A DNA stretch of 63,867 bases, filler included, from Pelomyxa schiedti (lineage: Eukaryota; Protista; Evosea): assembly GCA_020536535.1 (NCBI GenBank). It is 6 parts of 6 records of this genome, joined end to end, with 100 filler letters (N's around TTAATTAATTAA, not from the genome) between each part and the next. Parts side by side here need not be neighbours in the genome. Positions count along the whole stretch, not along the records: positions 1 to 28,961 come from JAHLWZ010000226.1; 5 more parts are not named here. One strand, 5' to 3'. This document shows positions 9,969 through 22,811 of the stretch, in pieces; within the stretch, counting starts at the first letter, position 1; each line of letters starts with the position of its first letter. The notes below the pieces were generated by a model. It did no database searches. It was given only the letters and a program-made list of their open reading frames with translations, and was not told the DNA's origin. Both the position numbers and the translations under genes were made by a program.

Positions 9969-12345
9969 ATGGAAGGGGCTGTGCACTCGACTACCACGGC
10001 GCCACCCATCAGCGTCGCCCTTACTGTTCCTGCCCCATTGCTGCCCATCGATGTCCTCGTCGTTCCGTTGCAAGCACCTCCACCTCCGCCGAGGGGGGAC
10101 AGCGGGGCTCCCACGCCCCACCACCCACCAGAGAACCAGAACCCCGCTATCGCAGCAGCCCCCACGCCGCACGCCGACACCGCCACGTCGGGGACCAGCG
10201 CCGCCAGCCTCAGCCCCCCGCCCTGCCCCGCCCCAGCTTCGTCTACTACTAGTGGCACACCAACACCAACACCAACAGCACCACAACCGGCGGATCTCGG
10301 AGGGGTTGGCACTGGCACAACCAGCAGCGGCGCGGCGACGACGACGGCCGCGCCCGATGCTACCGCGACGTCCGCGACTGGTAGTACTACGGGCAGCGGT
10401 GCTGCTGATGGCGGCGGCGGCAGCAGCAGCAGCGCGCTTGTGTGGGATTTGGAGGGCCGCTGTGGCGGGCCCGGGGGCAGCGGTACGAATGTAATTGTGG
10501 GAGAGGGTAATGATGGTGATGATGGTGACTGCGACGGTGACGGACTGAGGAACCAGAACCACCACCACCACTTCAAAATGCTGCTGTTCAATAATGACTG
10601 CGGGCAGGTCAGGCTGAAGGGAGATAATTTTATGAAGGGCGTGCTGTGGTAACCTTCCTTTTCTTTCCCTGTGCAAATTTCATAGACATTCATTTTGTTG
10701 TTCGACCCTCACAGGTCACCGGATGGGACTTGCTTGCTCACCTGTGCTGCTGACAATTCCATGAGACTCTTTGAGCTGTCTGTTTTTTTTTTTTTTTTTT
10801 TGATTTTTTTTTGGCCTATTCTGTCGGTATCTAACAGTGTTGTTAGACCATATGATCCTGTGGCATACAGTACCTTGTCTTTCGGTTTGATATAAACACA
10901 CTCACAATTTCGACACAGCGTCCTGGAATCCGGAAATGGAGCTTCATCCGAATAAAATGAATTGTGCTTTTCAGGTGAAGCATGGAGAGACTGTTTATGA
11001 CTACTGTTGGTATCCAAAGATGACTTCGAGTGGTACAATTGACTTTTTTTGAAAAACACTCCTTTATATTGGTGCAGACCCAACGAGCAGTTGTTTCATT
11101 ACAACCAGTAAAGATCACCCGGTTCAAATGTGGGATGCTTTCACTGGAAAGGTTTGCCTTTCAATTTTGGATGTTGGAAGAATCTGAGCTCTTGTTATAG
11201 CTGCGCTGCTGTTACAGTGCCTATGACGATGCTGACGAACTAACCTCCATCTTTTCTCTGTCGTTCAATACCGCGGGAAACAGGTACGCTAATAGAGTAG
11301 AAGGGATGGATAATCACCAACACCAAGATGTGTACATATGATTTTACAGGATATACGCTGGTTTGCAGAAGCAAATCAGGGTATTTGATGTCTTACACCC
11401 TGGAAGACATATGTCTGTCATCAGCACTCACTCCTCTAGGGCAGCCTTATCCCAGCCTGGTTCGCAGTAACCACTCTTTCATACATGCGTCTGATGATGC
11501 TTTTGGTAAATGATGCAGGGATAATAAGTTGCCTTGACATTCTTGGGGATGGCATTGCTGCCGCCGGTTCATATAACCACACTGTTGGTTTATACGATTT
11601 GCAAGCCAATACCAGAATAGCTATACTTAGAGCTCACACCGGCGGCGTAACACAGGTAAAAAAAATCCTGCCCCCTTCCCTTCCCTTCCTTAACTCGTTT
11701 GAAAGGTCAAGTTCACTCAAAATAACCTGTACCTCTTATCTGGTGCCCGCAAGGACAACAACATTTTTGTATATCACTACTTCTCTTCAAATTTCTTATC
11801 CCCTTTCAGGTTTGGGATTTACGGAACACCACTGCCCCCACACTCAAGCTTCCGCGTTTGGTCTCAACCAATCAACACCTGCTGTTTGACTCGACCAAGG
11901 ATTCCAACTACGTAATCACTGGTTCACAGGTATAAAACACTTATGTCTCAATCCTCTGACATTCCAAAAAGGACGGCACAGTGCAAACCTATAACATGAA
12001 AGATGGGTCACTGGCACAATGGACGATTCCACCTCAACCAAGTACATCCATCATCGCCTTTGATCATTTCTTGTTACTTACTCCATGATAGACACTGTAA
12101 ATGGAATCTCTGTTCACCCTCGGCTTCCACTCGTGGCATCCACGACCGGACAAAGGGTTATTGCCCCGCCGCAAGTCATTTTACCCCACAAGCGTTCCGG
12201 CACAAGCTATTACACCTGCGATGTTGACTGCGAGAGTGAAGAAGCCGTGGAACAGTCCCCGCAACAGCCGGAGGAACCACACCCACTGAACAACAGCCTA
12301 TGCGTGTGGATTGCTCCGCACCACTGGCACACCAACTCAACATAA
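9969..12345 (+). CDS. WRAP53: Telomerase Cajal body protein 1 (WD40), multi-exon
   Basis: Spliced motifs FMKGVLWSPDGTCLLT, GETVYDYCWYPKM, KDHPVQMWDAFTGKLRCCYSAYDDADEL, HTGGVTQVKF, SGARKDNNIFVWDLR, TNQ and VNGISVHP match TCAB1. Confidence 0.9.
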
Positions 12346-12537
12346 ACAAGCATCGTCCCCCAAACCATGCCTTCCCCTACAACAACGCCTGCGGTAATAA
12401 TACACAGACTACGCCCTCTATCCCTTATCTGTTCCCTATTTACCAACGCCCCTATCGGGCCACACCGTAATAATTATTTCGCTTGTCCCAAATAATACAA
12501 CGAAAAGAACGTTCAACGAAACCGTAATAACAACGGT

Positions 12538-14065
12538 ATGGGCGACAACAGCGGCGGCGAGAAGGTGACCAGGGTGCGAGGTGTCCCGGGAGGCTATTGT
12601 GGGAGAGTACTCGTTGGTTTCGCTGATGGTCTCAGGCCTGCTACTTACCAAGTGTGGTATTTTTTGTTTTCGTTTTGTTTATTTGGCCTTTTTTGGCTTC
12701 TACGTATGTTTTGCTCCTAAGAAATAGTTATTCACTCTTTTTTTTTTGGCTGTTTTGCTTAAGGAAAACGTTAGGATGAAGATTGGAGTGTAACTAGGAT
12801 GATTGTGTTTGGATTTGTTATTATTGTACTGGCTGCCGCTGTTATAATTCTTGGAGTATATAGAGCAAACCACAGAGGGGTTATTGTAACAACAGAAATA
12901 AGTCCAACTCTGGAAAGAATTCGGCAACTGGACGGTTGGCATCAACTTATAAGTTTAGTTGGTAATTCAGGAACACAGAAGGATCAGATGTACAAAGCCT
13001 GTCCTGTACATGCACCAAATCACTGAATTACGTTTACGAGATGCTGGAGCAATCCGGAGTCCAACCGGATTACACTCCTTTCTCCACTTCCTTTGTAGCG
13101 GCCTGCATTGCACTCTCTCCATCTACACCGAACATAGAGTCCATGTGTCAGTATGTCATGGGTCATGTAATGTGCCAATACATGCGAGTTTATACAACAC
13201 ATTTACCGCAGTTTTCTATTTTCAAGTGAGTAAGCTTCTTCTATTTAATGTCAACCTTCTTATTCACTGAAGTATTAACAGAATAGTAGGAGTGAACTCG
13301 AAATTGGATTCAATAGAAGCTGCTTCTTCATGTCAATTGAAGCGTTCCATCTTTGGCGACACATGGACTCATACTTGGATGCGGCCTTCAATAGCACAAC
13401 TATGGTATCAGACCCCACTGACAGCACATCAACACCTCTTTGGGGAGACACTAGTTCCACATCACAGTCCCGGCAAGAGATATGGAACTGGGCTAATTCT
13501 CTAGCCGGTTTGGTACTACTTCATCCACACTTGTATATCTTTTTAAAACACAATTTTTGTAATTACGTTGTAATATTTAAAAATCCCAATTAATAATTCC
13601 ACCAAAAATACATCATCAATTCACATTCTTTGGCAGGTTCTGCCATCTCTGGTGATGTACCAGCCAGATAGTCTCTGCAGTACTCCCCCTATTGCACCAT
13701 ATGATGCGTGGTACAGCACCCTATATAATCTATGTCAGGTTCAGACCTGTCAGTGGGTTGGCCTTGAAAGTGGCCTAGATGTGTTCCTGTGGGTGTTTGC
13801 AGTCATGGGCACAGTTCTCACAGTTGTACTTGTACTGGGTGCACTACTATATAACTTCATAGGGGAAATACAGGGTTGCCGGGCCAAAAGGAATGCATCA
13901 ACAAACAACGGCAACAGCCCGAGCCCAACTCCAGTGGTTGAATCACCATCACTAACAGAAACAGAAGCTAAACAGAGAAGAACAAGCAAAAGGTCATCTT
14001 CATCCAAGTCAAAGCACTCCACCAAAAAAACTGATGAGGAGTGTGTACAGCTTGATCCTCTGTGA
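12538..14065 (+). CDS. Multi-exon two-transmembrane protein with Cys-containing extracellular loop
   Basis: Hydrophobic segments IVFGFVIIVLAAAVIILGVY and VFLWVFAVMGTVLTVVLVLGALLY; basic/Ser-rich tail; GT-AG introns. Confidence 0.6.
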
Positions 14066-14168
14066 AAATATGTTTTCAACTTTTGGAACATAACTGTTCC
14101 TGAGCAAAATTTTTGTTTTATTGCGTTTTATTGTGGACAGAGTAGATTGTGATGGTTTATTGGTAGGA

Positions 14169-15369
14169 TCAATTTCTTCTTCTCTTGGCTGTGGGGCGAT
14201 GTGAAGTGGAATTGGGTGGATTGCGTTTGCGGGAACGATTTGAGCCACCTTGGAAGTTCTTAGCAGCAATCCGGCTATTTAGCACAACGGTGTTTGCCGG
14301 TGTTCCTGCCCGAATTGCTCTAATGTTCGCGGGGTGGATGTTGAGATAGCCTGTAGTCTTGTCATATTTTCCAATCCCGGGGCTAAAGCCGCGGCTTCCA
14401 TCCCCAACACCTGCGGAGCGTTAGCTTCATCTCTTATTTGGTTGGAAAAATGCCTGTTAGTCCGGACCTCTGTTTTCCTAGTTGCCATTTCCGGTATTCC
14501 TCTGGGGACATACGATTACTCTTCTTCATGACTTTGTTGCCTGTTACTAGCCCTTGTTCCCTTTCCTTTTCCCCGATTAACAATTTTAAGCTTTTTGGGG
14601 GTACACACAATGAGCTGCCTCTCTTGATTTTGCATATTTTGAAGTTGCATTTGCAGTTTAATAGCAGGCAGGTTCAATATCCTTTTTCCACAAAAGCCAA
14701 CCTACTGTAAATTTAGTAAAGAAAAAAAACAGATTAATACCCCACAGACCGTGATTGGCTGCACATCATGGTGTATCGTAGGCGGAGCTTCCGCAACTAC
14801 AAAACAAACAACATAAGTAACACAACACCAACGCCCAACAACAACAACATCATCCCATCAAACATCCCGCCAACAACAGCAACATTGCACATACATCCAT
14901 CAATAAATCGACCAATCAATGATACACCGCAAGGAGGGGAGGGATTACAGCAATGCTGATTGTACATATACACACACACATACATATAAATAAACATACC
15001 CAGCTGGAACATGTCCTTATATGCCTGGTCCAGCGAGGACCCCCCGCCGCCTCCCCGCCGCCCCCCCTTCCCCCTCTTGGTAGCCATGATCCCCGCCGTG
15101 AGCCTCGTCGACAGGCGGCTGGCCCCCGCGCCCGCGCCCGCGCCCGCGGCAGGGCCAGGGGCCCCTGGCGGCGCCTTGGGTGCCTTCTTGCGCAGCAGGA
15201 AGTGGGGCACCTTGTTCCTGATGGCGGCGGAGGCGCCCACCCGGGGTATCAGGGAGGGCCTGCGGCGGGGCCCCCGCTTGGGCCCCCCTGACCCCCACGT
15301 CGACTTCCCACCTCCGCCTCGGGCCGTGCTGGCCCCCCCGTTCACGTTCATGTACGTGCCCCCGGGCAT
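14169..15369 (-). CDS. Faf1/C1orf131-like SSU processome factor (putative)
   Basis: Basic Gly-rich N-terminus; spliced segments ...QERQ...QGLVTGKVMKK... and GIGKYDKTTGYLNIHPANIRAI resemble the Faf1/DUF4602 C-terminal motif; exon junctions not fully resolved. Confidence 0.5.
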
Positions 15370-15658
15370 TGTTTGTAGGCCTACACCCTCTACCTACCCA
15401 CAATTAATCTGTTGCGTGCAACTCCCGGCAGCTTCGAGACGAGAGTCTGGGGGGTTCTTCCGGAACCACAAGAAGCACTCTGGGAGGTGGTTACTGCTCA
15501 GTGTGGAAAAAGGGGCGAGTTGGTAAATGGGAGATTACGCCAAGCAGGAAGAGCCTCAAAACAGAGGCAGGCGAATCAATCACCGGGAAAAGACGATACA
15601 AAAAAGAAAAGCAAAGAACTGCGAAAACCACAGCGGGTTTGTCTAGCCGGAGAAGAAG

Positions 15659-17630
15659 ATGAAGACCAAAGAAGATGAGAAGAAGATCGTGGAGATGACA
15701 GCGTCCGTCGTGCAGGTACATATACATACTACTGTCGGGGTTTTTTTTCCCTTTCTTGCCGCCGTTAAGCGCGTATTTTTCTAAAGTGGAGAACGAAAAG
15801 GGCATCAAGAGAACATCTCCTCTTTTTTCTGAGTTAGTGCACACAGCCGACGCGTATATGAAACAATTGTCGGCGCTGTCTGCTACTGAGCAACATCTGG
15901 GCGAATCTTTCACCAGATTGTCTGCGGCGCAGGGCAGTGAAGATATTGACAAGGGTTTTCGCGGGATTGCTCAGATGTTCAACGAAATAGCCGCATCCAG
16001 AGAAGAATGGGTAACTTCATTCTCAATCTCAGTAATGCCTCCTTACTTTCATGCTATTTTTCCACCAGTCAAGGTCAATTGGTGCCGGGTTTGTGACGCC
16101 CTTCAAGCTCAACATTGATAACGAGAAACGAGAGGTAGGGGCTTTTGAAAAGTCCTCCAAGTCGGAAAGGGACAGAGTGAATACTGCTGTAAAAAAAGCT
16201 CAACAGAAAACTCAGAAGATGGCAAAATCTGACAATTTACTGCAAAGTATTGGAGAATTAAATGAAAGGGTTCGTTTTGGCGCCTTTCTACATGACTTCT
16301 GATTACCGGTAATTAATACAGGTCCAAGAAGCACAAAAGGTCCTTCTAGAGCAACTCAGAACAGCACTCATTCTCCAGCGGTCATCGTATTGTATAGCTG
16401 TTGAACAATGGAATTCTGTTTGTAACCTCAAGTTTAATCACCTCTCACTGTCTTCCAGGTTTTTAAATCTCAGGAAGCAACTTGTTCTTGCACACTGAAA
16501 CACATAAACGATTCAAGGCCATATCTTACAGACCTTGCCAATGCCTCCAAGAGGGTTCCTTTTTGTAATTCTATTCGTTGTCTTACATGCCCAGATACCT
16601 GCAGATAAGGAAGAGCTTGTCAAACAAAAAGTGCAAACTCTCATAGACGTATGCCCGTTTTCTTTTTCATTGTGCTTACTTTCTTCGGCAGCTCAGCCAA
16701 ATCTCTGGTGAGTGGAAGAAGGTGTTCCAAGAAGCCGGTGTGAAAAAGAGTGACTTGCGTGATAATGCTACCGCTCAATTCATTCTTGATACAATCCAAA
16801 CTATGCTACCCCCGGGAGTTGATGCCAAGTCTGTTTTGAGTGGAGCTGTTGGTGATGTAGCGTTGAGAGTTGAGGAAGCACCCTCCCCCAGTGCCTCACC
16901 ATCTCCGAATGCTTCACCCGCACCATCACCTGCGTTGACGGCTATTCCTTCTCCCTCTGGGTCCCCGGGATTACTAACACCCTCATCACAACTCCAAAGC
17001 CCACCACCACTACTTGTTCCTCATGCACACACTCTTCGTGCATCACCAAGTGGAGACAACCAAGAACATGACACAAGGCGCACAACCTCCACACCGACCA
17101 TTACCAAACCTCCCACGTTACCCCCACGCGAGTCAAGCTCTTCATCAGCTAAACCCCCGCCACCCCCACCCCGTAATCAAGAGGTTTCTCCAGTAGTCGG
17201 TACAACTCCAGTGGAACCATCTCAGTCACCTCCTGCTCAAGGTACTTAATTTATCCCCTCTATCTACTTACAGAATCTCAACAGAACAGCAACCACCAGC
17301 CCTTCCCAGTAGACCGCGATCAACCGGACCTATAAAACCAGCACCACCTCTACCACCATCCGTAGCAAAACGGCCGGCTCTCAGCACACCACCATCAACA
17401 CCACCCGCGACATCAACAACACCTTCTGTAACCCCGCCGCCCCTAGCCCCACGCAATCCCCCAGCTCAAGGTATGAATACACTACAGTCCTTCTCCTATC
17501 TCACATTACCTCAGCCGGCCGGGAGATGTCAACCTTTATTGCTTCCGCTATGGCCGCACGGAAGAAGACAGCACCGCCTCCTGAAGAACCGGAAGAAGAA
17601 GAGGATGAAGATGATGTATGGTCCGATTAA
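15659..17630 (+). CDS. WAML-type Arp2/3 activator: I-BAR(IMD) + partial WASP GBD + Pro-rich + CA
   Basis: IMD-like helices in the first exons; LSGEWKKVFQEAGVKKSDLRDNATAQFILDTI resembles the C-terminal half of the WASP GBD; the protein ends EMSTFIASAMAARKKTAPPPEEPEEEEDEDDVWSD (C and A motifs with Trp). Confidence 0.8.
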
Positions 17631-17706
17631 AACTTTTACTATCCAAAAAAAAAAGCCTATCACATAATAACACCCAAAAAAATACTTCCACATTGTCTTA
17701 GTGTTA

Positions 17707-20700
17707 TCAGTTTGCTTTCTTAGCATGAGGTGATAGTGATTGTGATGATGCTTGTTGTTGCTGTTGTGGCAATTGGTTTGCATTGTGTATGTACTGTTGC
17801 ACTGAGAACTGCAACTGTTGCTGCTGTTGTTGTGTCTGTGCCTGCTGCTGGGCCATTGTGGCCTGTGCTTGTGCTTGCTGTATTTGCTGTTGCTGAATCA
17901 ATTGTATGAGACTATTTGTAAGTTGTGGCTGGGGCTGTTGGGCTAATTGTTGCGGTGGCTGTGATTGTTGTGTTTGCGGTATTTGTTGTTGGGTTACTAT
18001 CTGTTGTTGCTGTTGTGGTAGTTGTTGGAGGTTTGTTCTGTTGCTGTTGTAGTATGATTGGAGGTACTCGGTCACAAAGGCTATGAAGCGAAGGGCTATT
18101 GGTGGTGGGAAAGAATTCACAAGTGCTTTGAAGCGGTCTATCTCTTGTGCTAGTTGTTGTTCTGAGGCCATGGCCGAGGCAGCCGCTTGTTGTTGCTGTT
18201 GTTGGCTGGAATTTGTGCCGTTATTTGTGGAATTAGCTTGTGGTTGCTGCTGCTGGGGTGTTGGAATGTGGGAATTACTGCCGGAGGTTTGTGCTGTCTG
18301 TTGGGAGAGTGGTGTTTGGGGAGGAGTGGGGAGTTCTGCTTGTGGTTGTGAGCGGGGAGGTTGGGGTTGTGACTGGCTCATTGTTGATGAGCCCGGATTC
18401 TCTTGTTGCTGGCCGGGATTCTGTTGCTGTGACCCAGTTCCTGTAGGAAAGTGAGTAGGAGGAAAAGGGTAAGCGAAAATATTACCTGAGGGTAGCTGCG
18501 GGAAAATGCCGTGCAGCTCCGAGGCCAGGAACGTAACGGTTTGTCGCATATCAGTTATCTGTGACTGCAAGGCAAGCATTTCCGCAATGACCATCTAAAG
18601 GGATGTGAGTTGCGAAACATTGTTCACTGGGAGGAGGAATGTGCCTGCGGGGTTTTTCCTTTCGGAACAGGGGACTCTGCTGAAAAGAATTAATTATTAT
18701 CAGGATAGACCAACAAACCTTGCTGCTGGGAGAAAGGAGGTTTTGCTTGGTTGGAGTTCTACAGAATGCATAAGTGGGGATAGAGGTAAGAGTGGTACCT
18801 GTTGTATGGGATTGCCTAGCGGTGACGGAGGTCTTTTCACTCCAACCTGAGGTGAACCCGGGGGAAGCTTTCCAGTAATGTCCTGCCTCATGTTCATGGG
18901 TTGGCTGGGAGTATTCACAGTTGGGGTTGCGACATTGGTGAGAGCAAACGGGGTTACACTGCTTGCCTGCTGTGGAAGAAGTTGTGGTGTGTTTCCACGT
19001 GAAGTTGAACCGGATTGAGGAGGTGGAGTATTTCGTATCTGTTCACGTTGTTGTTGTTGGTGAAGCTCTAACATACAGTTTATACAATACTAGAACCGCG
19101 TAAGACACAAGACAAGATAAAAAGGAAAATCACTTACAGGCTGAGATGAGCCTGTTGAATACTGCCTTGGTGATGCAGTATTGCACCGCGCACATTGAGT
19201 TGTTGACTGAGGCAGAAGGGGAGAGAAGCCATTACTTCCCGTTGACCCGCTGGCGGGATTGAGTCCTGGGCCTGGACCAGGTACCCCAGAGCCGCCAGAA
19301 TTTGAACCGAGAGATGTTGAATTTACTGCAATATTTGGCATAGATGATGCTGAGCCTAGAGAGGGTGCATTTACAACAATATTTGGCACAGAGGAGGCGT
19401 TGTGCAAGGATGACAACAGTTGTGCGTTATTGAGTACTAGGAAAAATAAAATAATGTAAGCAAAAAAAAAAAAAAAAAAACAGATACTGGATTCATTAAC
19501 AATAATTAAGAGGAGCGATAAATATACTCAACATAAACAAGCAACACCTACCTGAAGGTTGCATGGAGAAAAAATGGGAGAGGCCCATTGCGTTCAACAT
19601 TTTAACCATATCCCCCCCTGGGTTGCTGCTGTTGTTGCCGCCAGTACTTCCATTCAGTTGCTGCTGTTGCATGCCCATACTACCTCCGCCTCCACCACCG
19701 CCGCCGCCGCTACTCAGACTCCCGGTGTTCCCTGAGCTCAGTGCATTCCCGTTGTTGTTGACACTCCCGTTCCCCCCGCCGCTACCCGTGTTGTTGTTGC
19801 TGTTGCTGTTGCTGTTGACGATGTTGGCGTTGGCACCCATCCCCATCCCCATGCCCATCCCCAGCCCCATCGTCATTCCTCCAGGACCCATCCCCATGTT
19901 CATCCCCCCCACCACCATGTTGTTGTTGTTGTTGCTTCCGCCCGTTGCGGATGCCGCGGCCCCCGACCCGTTACTGTTTGTTCTCATTCCCCCCCCGCCG
20001 CCGCCGTTGCCCCCTGTCGGTCCCCCTTGTTGTTGTTGTTGTTGCTGTTGTTGCTGCTGCTGCTGTTGTAGCTGCTGCTGTCGCGCGACGGCGGCGACGA
20101 GGCTCTGCATGTGGGGGTCGAGCCCCCCCGCTTGCTGTTGCTGCTGTTGGGGAGTCGCGGGGCACGACGACGACGACGACGACGAGCCCTGCTGTTGTTG
20201 TTGACCTATCATCATCGCCCCACCGGACTGATTGGTAGGCGGGGTGATGGGAATGGGGTTAGGGCTGCCGATCGATGGGGGGTTCTGGTTCTGATTGTTT
20301 GAGTTGGACGACAAGGAAGAGGGGGCGAGACCAGCGCGGAGATGGGCCAAGAGCTGCTGTTGCTGCTGGAACGAGAGGGCCGGCCCCCCCCCGGGTGCGT
20401 TGCTGTTGCTGTTGCTGTTGTTGTTGTTTGGGGTGCAGCCGCCGCTGTGTATCTGTTGTTGTTGTTGTTGTTGTTGTTGCTGCTGCTGAAGGGCTTCCCG
20501 TTGTTGTTGTGAGGGGAATCCTGTTTGTGATTGTTGTTGCTGGGAGGAACCGGTTGCGGGAAGAGGAGATAGTGGCAGTGGGTTGGTGTTATTGTTGTTG
20601 TTGTTATTATTTGGGTTGTTGCTATTGGCGGCATTGTTGGTATTATTAACGTTGCCGTTGTGGGCAAAGTGTGCCAGCATAGAAGCCATTTGGAATGATG

Positions 20701-20881
20701 CTGTTGAAGGGGTGACTTGGTTGTGCGGTAGGGAGCTTGCTATTAGTGCTCCTGGTGTGGTGGCAGCGGTTGGTTGCTGTGAAAATTGGAGTCCTGCGCC
20801 AAATCCACCGCCTAGCCGAAGTGGCACTTGTTGCTGCTGTTGTTGCATACCGCCGGGTACAAAAAAGCCTTGGCTTTGCAT
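17707..20881 (-). CDS. Q/N/G-rich low-complexity protein with an intron-split C4 zinc finger and coiled coil (putative transcription regulator)
   Basis: Long poly-Q/N/G exons; splicing gives CARCNTASPRQYSTGSSQP|YCINC; heptad segment MLALQSQITDMRQTVTFLASEL. Confidence 0.65.
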
Positions 20882-21189
20882 GGTGTGTAGAGTTCAATCA
20901 AGGCGAGTTGCCCTTTACCTTGTGGTTGTTGAGTGGATGGTTGTTTTTGTTTTGTATGTGGCACAAACAACATTTTTGAGCACGCAGTGTGTTCTACGCA
21001 GACACAAACACATAATATAGGTGAGGAATAAAATAGAGGTCCACACAACAAAGAAATAGGAGAGATAGGCCACCTTTTGGTTCGTTTTCGCCAGGAAAAA
21101 CCGAATAAACGGAATTGGTGGTGTCCAAGGTGGCGTGTTGATGTTGACGGTAAAATAAACAAAAAAATAAACTCACAGTCAGAGGGGGG

Positions 21190-22332
21190 TGCACAGATGT
21201 TCAAGCTCCACTAACGACGGTTCTTGGAACAACTTCCGGTTGAGGTTTGATGTAACTAAATCCAGTAACACTCCCAGCCATTTATTGCCAGGCAATCTGA
21301 GGATTCTGCTGGCTGATTGCACTCACCAAGAATTAGCGCCATCTCAGAGTGAGTGATTATCTCTCAAAGTGTGCAAACAAAAAAAAAGAACCTCTGGGGA
21401 TTATGAGCAGGATCCGACACCAAAACCACACTCATGTGGCGCTGGTTTTAATTCCTGATCAAGTGTATCTTTGTGGCATACAAGAGGAAATCGACAATAG
21501 TTGCTGCGTCAATCTCCGAGGGACGCCACCCAGAAGGTACGTCAGAATCTGTAAGTGAAAGAAATACCTGCATCTTGATTCAAGCTTGTGGGAAGTTATT
21601 TCTCCACTTCCCCCTCCGATGTGATGGTTGTCCTCCAATGCCCAGTCGACTCCGGATATTCCACCTCCGATTCTCACCCTGTGTGATTCACTGTTTTGTT
21701 TTCAGTCCCAAACGACCCTTCGTAGCCCAGTCGACCGGGGCTGTGGTCCAGATGCACCGGGGAGTAGTAGGGGCGGCGACCCGGGGGTGCGGGAAGGGTC
21801 GAGGGTCTGTGGGGGTGTGGCTGGGACTTGTACTCGCGGGCGGGGGAGAGGATCAGGGGGTGGGGACTGCTCACCCTGCTTCATCTCTCCTTGGTCTGGC
21901 TTTCCAGGTGATTTTCACTACATATCTTAAAAAAATACATTTTAAGTGATGTGGGAAATATTTGTTTTTTTTCCCTTCCCGATGATTTTTATGTTTCTTA
22001 TTCTGTTACGACAGTTGAATGTGTACAAACTTTTCAAATGCAGCAGCATTTCTGAATCATATTCCCTGGGCTCCTGAAGTTGATTACCTGCGGGATGTAT
22101 CGTTTCCATGGAAGACATCCTTCACACCACTGATCTTTCTTACACTCAGGAAACCAAATCCGACGTTTGGGCCTTTAGGATGAAGGTAAAGGGAGACACC
22201 AAACTCTCCACAAATTTGGAAATTTCACTGTGGAAATTATATTCTTCCTCACCCGCTATGCAGGAATTCGGTTCACGGCGTTGTTGCTCCGGAGTCATTT
22301 GTTGCTCTGAAGCCCGTCCAAAGGCCACATAA
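21190..22332 (+). CDS. Possible small multi-exon hypothetical gene
   Basis: Several short coding-like blocks bounded by GT/AG, with a final exon stopping at 22332; no domain recognised. Confidence 0.25.
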
Positions 22333-22811
22333 TACTGGTACCAGTGCATTCACCGGCATTTATATTTCCTCCAATTCCTATCCCGCGGTGTGTACATTCC
22401 CTTCTATCACTATCACCAAAACCAAATCCCAGTTCGCATCACCGCAATCTGTATCTCTAATTCAATTCCACACAACAACAACATTAACCCATCGCACGCA
22501 GGTTGAGCGGTACCCAAGTTGGGCACGCCCTGTCAACCGGGGAATTCACATGTCGAGTCGACACTGTGTCTACAAACACAACGACAACAGTGCCCGGATG
22601 GGCCCGACAGTTGACCATGTGGATCCCGTCCCATCATCCAGGCCCACCATGCCTACTGCACAATATTTGGGAGCACCTCCACCAGTCCTCCTGAAACGTC
22701 TCCTACCTTTTCCAGAAACATCTTTTATCTGCTAAGAATTCGTTTTTTTTTTCCCCTTTCTTTTTAAAAAGGCACAAAATAGGGGGAAAAACAAATAGAT
22801 CTGGGTCGTTG

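Noticed and set aside
19563-21020. Poly-Cys/poly-Leu plus-strand ORFs
   Set aside because: Antisense shadows of the CAA/CAG/AAC repeats in the minus-strand Q/N-rich gene.
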